From Candidatus Nealsonbacteria bacterium (GTDB taxonomy: Bacteria; Patescibacteriota; Minisyncoccia; Minisyncoccales; GWA2-38-27), in assembly GCA_030616085.1 (NCBI GenBank), contig JAUWYA010000001.1, positions 8,692 through 72,691 of the forward strand: DNA of 64,000 bases, given 5' to 3'. The translations under genes were made by a program, and so were the position numbers. The notes beneath the pieces were generated by a model that was given only the letters and a program-made list of their open reading frames with translations, was not told the origin of the DNA and made no database searches. Of the stretch, positions 28,290-40,364 are shown in pieces (the stretch's first letter is position 1; every line of letters begins with the position of its first letter).

Positions 28290-28732
28290 TGAAAAACAAG
28301 GTAATAAAGATCATAGTTCCTATCGTACTTGGTTTAGCTGTTTTAGCAGTTATTGTTTTAGCCGTTGTTCTCGGTTTTAAGCTTTTTGGCAGGACATGCG
28401 ATCCTCTTACGCCTCTTGCTTTGAAAAAGTTTGAAATAGCTGGAGGAGTAAGGCCTATTAAGGGTGATAAGTGCGAAATATCTAAAAACAGCTATTTATT
28501 AAGATTATTTTATGATAGTTCTGATCAAGCAGAAACAGCTAAAACAGGATTAGAGCTGGCAACAGTCGGAGATATGGATGAGATTGAAGATCTTGATTGG
28601 ATAACTAATGACGGCGCTTCTTCGGTTTTCTGGACTAATAAAAAGAAATTAGGGATTTTGGTCATTCCCGGCGAGGATTCAAAAAAAGCAGTTGAAAAAG
28701 AATTAGATAAAGCATTCAAAAAATTAGAATGA
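28247..28732 (+). CDS. Membrane-anchored hypothetical protein
   Basis: One TM helix; N-terminal ...ISNGV is element-derived. Confidence 0.65.
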   Translation: MVQIKKQRERISNGVKNKVIKIIVPIVLGLAVLAVIVLAVVLGFKLFGRTCDPLTPLALKKFEIAGGVRPIKGDKCEISKNSYLLRLFYDSSDQAETAKTGLELATVGDMDEIEDLDWITNDGASSVFWTNKKKLGILVIPGEDSKKAVEKELDKAFKKLE

Positions 28733-29100
28733 TTGAAGAATATCATTTTGGTTCCATAACTATTAATGGAAAGACATATAACAATGATGTAGAAGTTCGT
28801 TCCATGTTTTCAAAAACAGAAGTTTTAGATTGGCAAAGAGACGAATCTCATGATATTAATGTTGATGCTGTTAAAAGGGCAGTAGAACAAAAGCCAGATA
28901 CTATTGTAATCGGAACAGGCGAAGCAGGAGCAGCTAAAGTAACAGAGTCGGCCAAGCAGTTTGTTTATGAAAATAAAATTAAGCTGATTATTGATATCAC
29001 AGGCGAAGCTATAAAAACATTTAATGTTATTAAGCAGGACTCTGTAGAAGAAGAAGGAGAAGAAGCTGATATAATCGGTTTATTCCATTTGACTTGTTAA
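28729..29100 (+). CDS. Mth938-like (DUF498/598) protein
   Basis: YHFGSITING, IVIGTG, T.EAIKTFN, GLFHLTC. Confidence 0.88.
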   Translation: MIEEYHFGSITINGKTYNNDVEVRSMFSKTEVLDWQRDESHDINVDAVKRAVEQKPDTIVIGTGEAGAAKVTESAKQFVYENKIKLIIDITGEAIKTFNVIKQDSVEEEGEEADIIGLFHLTC

Positions 29101-29124
29101 TTTTTTAAAAAATGTTAAAATAAA

Positions 29125-29313
29125 GATAATCTTGTTTTGGCGGGAAGAGAGAGTTATAAAGGACTACCGCTTTTTTGTCTGCAGACCCGCAGAGTTTTTA
29201 TGCTCTCTTTTCTCTATTTCTTGTTCTTTACGCATTTCAGGATAAACCCATATCTCTGTTTCAGGTTCTATCCTTTAAAGCCCAGTAGTTTTTTCTACTG
29301 GGTTCTCTTTTTT
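29125..29313 (+). ncRNA. Candidate small RNA
   Basis: TG.TAAAAT upstream, pyrimidine-rich body, AGCCCAGTAG/CTACTGGGTT terminator; no credible ORF. Confidence 0.3.
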
Positions 29314-29458
29314 CTGCAAAGTTTGCATTGATTCGTTAAAAAGATTAGAATAGGAATATAAGCAGAGCTTGAAATTTCGTCGGGCTTCGCAAGTAAGAAA
29401 ATAAATTCTCTTACTTGGCTCGTCCCTAGAAATTATAATAAATTAATCGCATAAAGAT

Positions 29459-30256
29459 ATGAAACAAAAAAACATTCATAATCATATGAAAGGCAAGAAG
29501 AAGATATTTCTTGTTTTATTAAGCGTATTGATTGTCTTTTTTATCGTTCTTATTCTTTCAACAGCAGTTGATGTTGTGAATAAGATAAAAGAAGGAAGAT
29601 ATATTAGCCAGAATGTCAGAATAAGAAACTCTATTATAGTTTCAGAAACAGGAGAAGTTTATGCTAAGCCTGACCTGGCTGTTATAACTTTTACTGTTGT
29701 GAAGGAAGCAAAATCAGTTGCTGATGCAATGGATGAAAACAGCGCAACAATGAATAATGTAATTGAAGCAGTAAAAGAGCAGGGGGTTGAAGATAAAGAC
29801 CTAAAAACAACTTCTTTTAATATTAGTCCCCGTTATGAATATTCAGAAGGAACTTATGGCAAGAGAATACTTGTTGGATATGAAGTTGTTCAAGCTCTTC
29901 AAGTAAAGATTAGAGATTTAGGAAAGATTGGAACGATTATTGAAAGAGCTACAAGCTCCGGCGCAAATGAAGCAAGCGATTTGCAAATGACCATTGATAA
30001 TCAAGATGAGTTGAAGAAACAGGCAAGAGAACAGGCAATTACAGGAGCTAAAGTAAAAGCAGAAGAATTAACTTCTCAGCTCGACGTTAAATTAGGAAAG
30101 ATAGTCAGTTTTAATGAAAGTTTTTATGCTCCTTACTATGACAGCAGGGTTTACATGATGGAAGAAGGAATAGGAGGCGCTGGAGTAATTCCTGATATTC
30201 AGACAGGAGAAAACAAAATCTCTGTCTCAGTTGTAATAACCTATGAAATATATTAA
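29459..30256 (+). CDS. SIMPL (DUF541) domain protein
   Basis: GEVYAKPDLA, DLKTTSFNISPRY, GEN.IS.SV...Y. Confidence 0.9.
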   Translation: MKQKNIHNHMKGKKKIFLVLLSVLIVFFIVLILSTAVDVVNKIKEGRYISQNVRIRNSIIVSETGEVYAKPDLAVITFTVVKEAKSVADAMDENSATMNNVIEAVKEQGVEDKDLKTTSFNISPRYEYSEGTYGKRILVGYEVVQALQVKIRDLGKIGTIIERATSSGANEASDLQMTIDNQDELKKQAREQAITGAKVKAEELTSQLDVKLGKIVSFNESFYAPYYDSRVYMMEEGIGGAGVIPDIQTGENKISVSVVITYEIY

Positions 30257-30258
30257 AA

Positions 30259-30924
30259 ATGTTTAGGATTTCACCAACAACTGGTTTAAATTTGTTTAAA
30301 GAATGTCCTCGCTGTTTTTGGCTCCATTATAATGAAAAAGTTCACAGGCCTAGAGGTATTTTTCCGTCATTGCCCAGTGGAATGGATTTAGTTATTAAAA
30401 AACACTTTGATAAGTTTCGCAATTCTTTGCCTCCAGAGATTGATGGTAAAGTGGAAGGGCAGTTAGTGCCGGATCTCGGGCTTTTGAATAAATGGAGGGA
30501 CTGGAGAACAGGCTTGGAATATTATGACAAAGAGCGGGACGCTGTTTTATTCGGTGCTTTGGATGATTGTTTGATAAGCGATAATCAGTATATCCCTGTT
30601 GATTACAAGACAAGAGGATTTCCTCCAAAAGAAGGCGACTCTGAAAGATATTATCAAACGCAGATTGATACTTATGCATTGCTTTTGAACGAGAACGGCT
30701 ACAAGGTTAAAGACTTTGCTTATTTGATTTATTATTATCCAGAAGAAGTAAGAGAAGACGGAATAGTTAAGTTTAATATTAAGCCGGTTAGAATTAACAC
30801 GGACTTAGAAAGAGCGAAAAAGACCCTTGAAAACGCAGTTGATTTTCTCAAAGGTCCAATTCCTAAAGAACACAGCAATTGTGAATATTGCTGTTGGATT
30901 AATGACAGGCTTGGCTTTGAATAA
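30259..30924 (+). CDS. PD-(D/E)XK nuclease family protein (RecB/Cas4-like)
   Basis: CPRCFW, GALDD, PVDYKT, QIDTY, CEYC. Confidence 0.85.
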   Translation: MFRISPTTGLNLFKECPRCFWLHYNEKVHRPRGIFPSLPSGMDLVIKKHFDKFRNSLPPEIDGKVEGQLVPDLGLLNKWRDWRTGLEYYDKERDAVLFGALDDCLISDNQYIPVDYKTRGFPPKEGDSERYYQTQIDTYALLLNENGYKVKDFAYLIYYYPEEVREDGIVKFNIKPVRINTDLERAKKTLENAVDFLKGPIPKEHSNCEYCCWINDRLGFE

Positions 30925-30933
30925 TTAAGAATT

Positions 30934-31125
30934 GTGGAGTGTAAAAAAGAAGAAAATTTAAAAGATTGTCCGTGTACATATGCTGGATGTCCCAGGAAAG
31001 GGATGTGCTGTGAGTGTTTAAAGTATCATTTGGCAAGCAAAGAGTTGCCAGCTTGTTGTTTTTCAAAAGAGGCAGAAAAGACCTATAACAGGTCATTTAA
31101 GAAATTTATTGAAGATCAGAAATAA
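30934..31125 (+). CDS. Small Cys-rich DUF6485-like protein
   Basis: CPCTY..CPRKG.CCEC..YH...ELPACCF. Confidence 0.75.
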   Translation: MECKKEENLKDCPCTYAGCPRKGMCCECLKYHLASKELPACCFSKEAEKTYNRSFKKFIEDQK

Positions 31126-31130
31126 AGGTA

Positions 31131-31332
31131 TTGACAAGGGTCTGTGCTTTTTTTATACTTAAAATAGATCTTTCATGTATAACGATTCTGTTTTTTTGAT
31201 TATCCTATTCGGGAGAAAGGAGGAAAAATGAAAAACAAAGCGATTTAATTAGCTAAATCTTGTTAGCCGATTGTGTCAAAAAGATGTTTAAGCCTGATGA
31301 GGATTAAATTCTTCATCAGGCCTTTTTATTTT
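31131..31332 (+). other. Promoter-miniORF-terminator unit (MKNKAI, 31228-31248)
   Basis: TTGACA-17-TATACT; AAAGGAGG SD; GCCTGATGAGGA/TCTTCATCAGGC plus T tract. Confidence 0.5.
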
Positions 31333-31337
31333 TGTCC

Positions 31338-31450
31338 TTGACATAGTTTTTTAATAAGTTAAAATAAAGATAGTACGTTATTTTATAAGAGTTCCTACCC
31401 CTCCCTAACTCCGGAGCCGAATTCTGTCTTATAGGAATTCGGCTTTATTA
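31338..31450 (+). ncRNA. Candidate ~80-nt small RNA with a C-rich stretch
   Basis: TTGACA-16-TAAAAT; CCTACCCCTCCCT; AGCCGAATTC/GAATTCGGCT terminator. Confidence 0.4.
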
Positions 31451-31509
31451 TTTTATATTAAAGTTTTCCACAGATTGTAGTTTACAAACAGAGTGTTTTT
31501 TATTTAATT

Positions 31510-31557
31510 GGTTCGAGTCCTAGCCCCTGAGCTACGATCAGAGGGTTAATAGCCCTC
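31510..31557 (+). repeat. tRNA 3'-end fragment joined to a repeat-D tail
   Basis: GGTTCGAGTCCTAGCCCCTGAGC; 31529-31557 matches 24101-24129 at 28/29 nt. Confidence 0.7.
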
Positions 31558-31630
31558 CTTTATTTTAAAACTCTTGATATCCATAAATATTACAACTTTA
31601 TAGGTTTTTTCTATTTGACAAGCTTTATAA

Positions 31631-31683
31631 AGTTTTCCACAGGTTATGGTTTACAAAGACAGCCCTTTTCCTTTAAAATAAAA
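31631..31683 (+). repeat. ~50-bp promoter-containing direct repeat (copies at 31462, 31631, 32511)
   Basis: AGTTTTCCACAGGTTRTGGTTTACAAAGA...TTTTCCTTTAAAATAAA; TTTACA-18-TAAAAT. Confidence 0.75.
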
Positions 31684-31693
31684 GATGATAGTC

Positions 31694-31714
31694 TGGCGGT
31701 ATCGGATACCGCCA
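31694..31714. repeat. Family B palindrome, left flank of the RAYT gene
   Basis: TGGCGGTATCGGATACCGCCA. Confidence 0.9.
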
Positions 31715-31725
31715 ACTTCAATTTT

Positions 31726-32481
31726 ATGCGAAAACAACCATTTACAATAGATAGTTATGTTCATGTTTATAATAGAGGGAATCGAAAGACAGAGATAGTT
31801 CGAGCTGTCGCAGATAATTGGCGATTTTTACAAAGCCTTCGATTTTTTAATGATTCTCATTCTTCCACTCATATTTTACGTCAATTGGAGCTAGCTGGTC
31901 TGGCGGTATCCGATACCGCCAAGCCTACTATATCAAGAGAGTTTGAGTCTGTGTTTGAGATGGGATGGCCTCCGAATTGGCCAGAAAAAGATCCTCTAGT
32001 AAAAATTTTATCTTATTGTTTAATGCCAAACCATTTTCACCTGCTATTAAAAGAAATTAGAAAAGGTGGGATTAGTAAATTTATGCAAAAACTCGGCATA
32101 GGTTACACAAATTATTTCAATCTCAAATATCAAGAAGTAGGTAAAGTTTTTCAGGGAGGTTATAAAGCAAAATTAGTAAACGAAGAAATGTATTTGAAAT
32201 ACTTGTGTATTTATATTCAAGTAATAAATGTTTTAGAATTATTTCCGGGCGGTCTTAAAACGGCTCTTAAAAGCCCTAAAGATGCGATGAAATTTGTAGA
32301 CGATTATCCTTTTTCAAGTCATCTAGATTATGCTGGATTGCGAAAGTCTTTAATTATTGATAAAGACGTATTGGGTGAGTTTCTTCCCACATCAGAAGAT
32401 TACAGAAAATTTGCTCATGATTCAGTGATAGCAAAAGACTTTTATCAGATATTAGAAAAAGAAGACTTAAGGCTCGAATAA
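31726..32481 (+). CDS. REP-associated tyrosine transposase (RAYT; Y1 HUH family)
   Basis: HVYNRG, YCLMPNHFHLL (HUH), FQGGYK, YI..N, YPFSS; ATG 31726 preferred over TTG 31615. Confidence 0.88.
   Translation: MRKQPFTIDSYVHVYNRGNRKTEIVRAVADNWRFLQSLRFFNDSHSSTHILRQLELAGLAVSDTAKPTISREFESVFEMGWPPNWPEKDPLVKILSYCLMPNHFHLLLKEIRKGGISKFMQKLGIGYTNYFNLKYQEVGKVFQGGYKAKLVNEEMYLKYLCIYIQVINVLELFPGGLKTALKSPKDAMKFVDDYPFSSHLDYAGLRKSLIIDKDVLGEFLPTSEDYRKFAHDSVIAKDFYQILEKEDLRLE
31901..31921. repeat. Family B palindrome in frame inside the RAYT gene
   Basis: TGGCGGTATCCGATACCGCCA, read as LAVSDTA. Confidence 0.9.
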
Positions 32482-32486
32482 CTGTC

Positions 32487-32507
32487 TGGCGGTATCCGAT
32501 ACCGCCA
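32487..32507. repeat. Family B palindrome, right flank of the RAYT gene
   Basis: Extended stem AACTGTCTGGCGGTATC-C-GATACCGCCAGACAGTT. Confidence 0.9.
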
Positions 32508-32600
32508 GACAGTTTTCCACAGGTTGTGGTTTACAAAGAGGGTGTTTTTCCTTTAAAATAAAGAAACAAATTCAATAAGCCTGGCTTATCAAGCAAAACT

Positions 32601-33227
32601 ATGGATAGAAAATTCACTATTTTTATTCTTATTCTTTTACTCCTCGCTGTTATAGGAGTTTTTTGGTGGTGGACCGCAAAGGAAAAGGAGTCCGAAGAAG
32701 GGAAAAGTGTCTGGAAGATAGAGTTAGTTCGGGAGGGCTATGAGGTCATAGAAACGTCAGAAGGAAAATTTTTAGAAAATAAAAAGTATGGGCTAGAAGT
32801 TAAAGTGCCAGAGGGGTGGATTGTTAAAGATTATGGGACTGAAATAGATCTTTTAAGTCCAGAAACAGAATTTGATGAATATGGTGGGGTTTCTATGGAA
32901 AGTATTAGGGAAAAAGGTGCTTGTGGAGTAAGTGTTGAGATAATAAAATGTGAAAAAGTAGACCCTGAAATAGAAACTGATGCAGAAGAAATTGAGTTTT
33001 TAATTTCCGAAACCCAAAAGAATCCTGCACAAATGGAAGAAAAAGGATATGAGCTTATAGAGATAGGCGACCATTTAGCATTGAAAAAAGTTTCGGCAAA
33101 AGGAAAACGTATTTCAGTCAATATAGTTATTAGTAATATAGTGTATTCTTTTGATACTTATGTTTTTTTTGAAAAATGTTCTCAAGAATTTGATAAGGTT
33201 TTACAAACAGTTGAAATTAGGAAATAA
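32601..33227 (+). CDS. Membrane-anchored PsbP-like hypothetical protein
   Basis: N-terminal TM; NKKYGLEVKVPEGW; FDKVLQTV. Confidence 0.6.
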   Translation: MDRKFTIFILILLLLAVIGVFWWWTAKEKESEEGKSVWKIELVREGYEVIETSEGKFLENKKYGLEVKVPEGWIVKDYGTEIDLLSPETEFDEYGGVSMESIREKGACGVSVEIIKCEKVDPEIETDAEEIEFLISETQKNPAQMEEKGYELIEIGDHLALKKVSAKGKRISVNIVISNIVYSFDTYVFFEKCSQEFDKVLQTVEIRK

Positions 33228-33233
33228 GATATT

Positions 33234-37193
<3,960 letters not shown>

Positions 37194-37221
37194 ATAATAA
37201 GCTTAGCTTGCTTTTATTTGA

Positions 37222-37289
37222 CCCCGTTAGAAGCCGCCCTGCCGAAGGCACGGCTACGGCCGCCTCGGGGCGATCTGCTTCTAACGGGG
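37222..37289. mobile_element. Family A element, 68 bp, GC-rich interior, inserted in a TTGACA box
   Basis: CCCCGTTAGAAGC/GCTTCTAACGGGG; TTGA on both flanks; TTGACA-18-TAAAAT regenerated on the right. Confidence 0.9.
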
Positions 37290-37324
37290 TTGACAAGGGT
37301 TTATGATATTTAGTAAAATAGAAT

Positions 37325-37431
37325 TAGGTTAGTTCTTTTCATTCTTCTTTTTGTATTTTTACACTCTCCTCCATGCAAAAAGAGAATGTATGGACCCGTT
37401 GAAGCTGCATAGTTTTTACGGGTCCTTTTTC
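37325..37431 (+). ncRNA. Candidate ~105-nt small RNA
   Basis: Promoter 37290-37319; pyrimidine-rich with CTCTCCTCC; GGACCCGT/ACGGGTCC plus T5. Confidence 0.35.
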
Positions 37432-37435
37432 TTGA

Positions 37436-37496
37436 CCCCGTAGAGAAAATTTGACTTGCTTCGCAAATGAATATTTGTCAAATTTCTTCTACGGGG
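37436..37496. mobile_element. Family A element (CCCCGTAG subtype), 61 bp
   Basis: CCCCGTAGAGAAAATTTGAC/GTCAAATTTCTTCTACGGGG; flanks TTGA and TTTGA. Confidence 0.8.
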
Positions 37497-37531
37497 TTTG
37501 ACCCGTTTGTTTGATTGTGTATAATGAAACA

Positions 37532-37996
37532 ATGAACAAAGATTTTATTTTCTTGATTTTGCTTTTGGTTATTGTATCTGGAGTTTTATTCTGGCAGAAT
37601 CCTGAGACCGTTGGCTTTTATTTTGATAAAGTAAAAGCAGGAATATCTCCAAAATTGGAGTTATCTGAAGATTCTGGTTTGGATTTATCCGAAGTTAATA
37701 TTGAAAGTTTGTTTGAGCAGGATGAAAAGAAAGAAGAATCCGCCTTTGCCCTTGAGAGAGTTACACTGGATGAGGAACCCGTCCTCACTGAAGTTTCGGC
37801 TGACGAGGATGGGATTGGAGGTCCTTTGATTGGAGAATTACTAGAAATGGAAGAAACCTTAGAGAAAGAGGTTGTTGTTTTGGAGAAGAAGCTGACTTTA
37901 GAAGAGATAGAACAGGAAGTTAACAAAGTTGCTGAAGAGGTTGAAAGAATAGATAAAGAAGTCCAAATTCTGGTTGCTTTGGATAAACCCAATTAA
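37532..37996 (+). CDS. Acidic membrane-anchored hypothetical protein
   Basis: N-terminal TM after ATG 37532; C-terminal coiled coil. Confidence 0.6.
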   Translation: MNKDFIFLILLLVIVSGVLFWQNPETVGFYFDKVKAGISPKLELSEDSGLDLSEVNIESLFEQDEKKEESAFALERVTLDEEPVLTEVSADEDGIGGPLIGELLEMEETLEKEVVVLEKKLTLEEIEQEVNKVAEEVERIDKEVQILVALDKPN

Positions 37997-38065
37997 ATAA
38001 AATTCCAAAGGAATTTTAGCCCAAAGGGCTATTTAATCGGGATAAAGCTCAATAAAAGGCTAAAA

Positions 38066-38671
38066 ATGCCCCGTAGAGAAATTTCGAAAAACCCCTACAG
38101 GGTAATAATAAGAATTTCGGAGAAATTCTTAATTCGAAATTCTTCTACGGGGATGGATAAAAATAACCTTGTTGAACTTACAAATAAAGTTTATAAACTG
38201 ACTTTGCTTTTTCCTAAAAAAGAACCTTTGAGGTATAAAATAAGGGAAGTTGCTGATGATATTTTAGCTTGTAATTCAAGTTCAAAGAAATTGCAGGAGA
38301 ATTTAGGCGTTCTTAAAAAGTACTTTGAAGTAGCTAAATGGCAGAATTGGGTAAGTTATTTTGATATTTTGGAGATTGAAAAGAAATATGATAAAATTGA
38401 GAAAGGTTTATTAAAACATGCAGAACTTCAGAAAGGTCCGACCTTTGCCAAGATTGACGGGAGTCAGACCTTAGTTAAAACTTTAGATAATAGAAAAGAA
38501 AGGATTTTAGAGATTTTGAAAGAAAAAGAAAGAATTCAGGTTTGGGAGGTTAATGAGATTTTATCTGATGTATCTAAAAGAACCTTGCGAAGGGATTTTG
38601 AGCAATTATTAAAGCAGGGCTTGGTTGAAAGAATAGGAGAGAGAAACAATACTTTTTACCAATTAAAGTGA
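38066..38671 (+). CDS. Four-helix-bundle-like domain plus DeoR-type HTH protein
   Basis: LFPKKEPLRYKIRE; VSKRTLRRDF..L...GLVERIG; original start probably 38153. Confidence 0.7.
   Translation: MPRREISKNPYRVIIRISEKFLIRNSSTGMDKNNLVELTNKVYKLTLLFPKKEPLRYKIREVADDILACNSSSKKLQENLGVLKKYFEVAKWQNWVSYFDILEIEKKYDKIEKGLLKHAELQKGPTFAKIDGSQTLVKTLDNRKERILEILKEKERIQVWEVNEILSDVSKRTLRRDFEQLLKQGLVERIGERNNTFYQLK
38069..38152. mobile_element. Family A element (CCCCGTAG subtype), 84 bp, duplicating an ATG
   Basis: ATG-CCCCGTAGAG...TCTACGGGG-ATG; 84+3=87 bp in frame and stop-free. Confidence 0.8.
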
Positions 38672-38717
38672 AAAAAGTGGAAGAGAGCAGGTCTCTTCTG
38701 TTCTAGGTAGGACATAG

Positions 38718-39269
38718 ATGTCCTACCTTAATACTATTTTGTCCTACCTAAAAATGAATAATCATAGAAAAATCTTTACACAAATATACGATGATTATGT
38801 AGATAAAATCTATCGTTTTATCTTTTTTAAGGTAAATTCCGAGGAAATTGCTCAAGATTTGTGTTCAGAAACCTTTTTGCGCGGATGGCAGAGTTTTAAA
38901 GCTAAAAAAGAGAATAATAAGCAAGAAATTGAAAACCCTCAGGCCTTTTTATATCAAATTGCCCGTAATTTAGTAATTGACCATTACAGGGAAAAGGGTA
39001 GGACACAGACAGTTTCGGCAGATTATGTTTCAATTACTGACCCTGGACAAGATTTAGAAGAACAAGCTTTATCCAGATCAGACCTTGATACAATTAAATT
39101 AGCTTTAACTGATTTGAAAGATAATTATCAGGAATTAGTTGTTTGGCATTACATAGATGATTTATCAATTTCTGAAATAGCCAAGATGCTTAAAAAACCA
39201 GAAGGAACAGTCAGAGTAATGCTTCATCGGGCTTTAAAATCCCTTAGAAATAATTTGAAAGAAACCTAA
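38718..39269 (+). CDS. ECF RNA polymerase sigma factor
   Basis: AQDLCSETFLRGW, FLYQIARNLVIDHYR, EIAKML...GTVRVMLHRA. Confidence 0.92.
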   Translation: MSYLNTILSYLKMNNHRKIFTQIYDDYVDKIYRFIFFKVNSEEIAQDLCSETFLRGWQSFKAKKENNKQEIENPQAFLYQIARNLVIDHYREKGRTQTVSADYVSITDPGQDLEEQALSRSDLDTIKLALTDLKDNYQELVVWHYIDDLSISEIAKMLKKPEGTVRVMLHRALKSLRNNLKET

Positions 39270-39281
39270 AGATAAAGGTGT

Positions 39282-39328
39282 TGGCGGTATCGGATACCGC
39301 CAGAGCCTGGCGGTATCCGATACCGCCA
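39282..39328. repeat. Inverted doublet of family B palindromes (REPIN-like)
   Basis: Copies at 39282-39302 (CGG loop) and 39308-39328 (CCG loop). Confidence 0.9.
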
Positions 39329-39369
39329 ACAAGGGATATCCGATAAGTGTAATATAAGTGTAATATAGG

Positions 39370-39400
39370 TGTAACAAAAGGCCCATTTTCTCGTCTTAAT
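39370..39400 (+). promoter_or_regulatory. ECF-type promoter
   Basis: TGTAAC-16-CGTC(TTAAT) just upstream of ATG 39406. Confidence 0.6.
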
Positions 39401-39405
39401 TATAT

Positions 39406-40152
39406 ATGGCTAAATTCACTGAAAAACAGCTTATTAGCAAACTTCAGGAACTTAGACAGATTAAGCCCAGCAATGACTGGGTTGTTTTTACTAAAGAACA
39501 GGTATTGGGAAAAGAAAAAACAGGGCCTGAATTTTCTTTTATTTCATTTATTAGAGAGATTCAAAAAGGAGAAAGATTTGTTTTTCAACACAAGCCAGCT
39601 TTTGCTTTTGCTTTAGCTATGGTAATTTTAATCGGGGTTTTTGGTTTTGCGCAGAATTCAATGCCTGGCGATTCACTCTTTCCTTTAAAAAGGATTGCTG
39701 AAAAAGGTCAGGCAGTTTTTGTTTCTGAAAAAGACCAGGCAAAGCATAGCTTTGAGTTGGTTAATAAACGTTTGGATGATTTGACTAAAATCGCTGAAGA
39801 AAATGAAGTAAAGAATTTAGCCCCAGCAATAAATGAATATCAGGAAAGCGTTTCTAAAGCGGCTGAAAGCTTAGCAACAATGGAGAGTGTAAAAGAAATC
39901 GTTGAAGAGATTAAAAAATTAGAGAAAAACGAAGAAAAGGTAAAGTCATTAGGCATAGAAATAGGAGAAAGCGAAGAAATGCATAGCGCTTTGGCTAAAA
40001 TAGTGGAAAGCGAAATTGAGGATTTGGAAAGGAAAACTCTATCTGAAGAGAAACAGGAAGTTTTAGCTGAAGTAAAACAGGATTATGAAGCAGGAAATTA
40101 CTTCCAAGCCCTTGTAAAAATTTTACTTTTAATCAATAATAATAATAATTAA
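39406..40152 (+). CDS. DUF5667-containing putative anti-sigma factor
   Basis: Cytoplasmic N-terminus, one TM, SMPGDSLFPLKR; follows the ECF sigma gene. Confidence 0.7.
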   Translation: MAKFTEKQLISKLQELRQIKPSNDWVVFTKEQVLGKEKTGPEFSFISFIREIQKGERFVFQHKPAFAFALAMVILIGVFGFAQNSMPGDSLFPLKRIAEKGQAVFVSEKDQAKHSFELVNKRLDDLTKIAEENEVKNLAPAINEYQESVSKAAESLATMESVKEIVEEIKKLEKNEEKVKSLGIEIGESEEMHSALAKIVESEIEDLERKTLSEEKQEVLAEVKQDYEAGNYFQALVKILLLINNNNN

Positions 40153-40165
40153 ATAACAAAAGTGT

Positions 40166-40186
40166 TGGCGGTATCCGATACCGCCA
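40166..40186. repeat. Family B palindrome
   Basis: GTGTTGGCGGTATCCGATACCGCCAACAC. Confidence 0.9.
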
Positions 40187-40241
40187 ACACAAATCCATAT
40201 CATCGTTAATCTTAGTTTTTTGAGTGGTTGACGCCAAGTCA

Positions 40242-40272
40242 CCCCAATTAGAAATTGAAAATTTCTAACGGG
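40242..40272. repeat. Degenerate family A element
   Basis: CCCCAATTAGAAATT...AATTTCTAACGGG; no clear TSD. Confidence 0.5.
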
Positions 40273-40364
40273 ACAAATAAAATTTTTATGCTCAAAAGAC
40301 CAAGACAGAAAAGTCGATTAATGATTAAGTAAATTATTAATTAACAAAAACACAGATTAAAAAA

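Noticed and set aside
29137-29331. 64-aa Phe/Leu-rich ORF
   Set aside because: TTG start, T-rich low complexity, and it runs through a terminator; more likely non-coding.
30259-30924. Cas4 / CRISPR-associated nuclease
   Set aside because: Solo PD-(D/E)XK protein with no array or other cas genes nearby.
31615-31725. N-terminal extension of the RAYT ORF
   Set aside because: It spans the promoter repeat and a REP; the family motif begins just after ATG 31726.
31462-32520. Replication origin from DnaA-box-like TTTTCCACA
   Set aside because: Only three dispersed copies, each part of a promoter repeat; no dnaA or dense box cluster.
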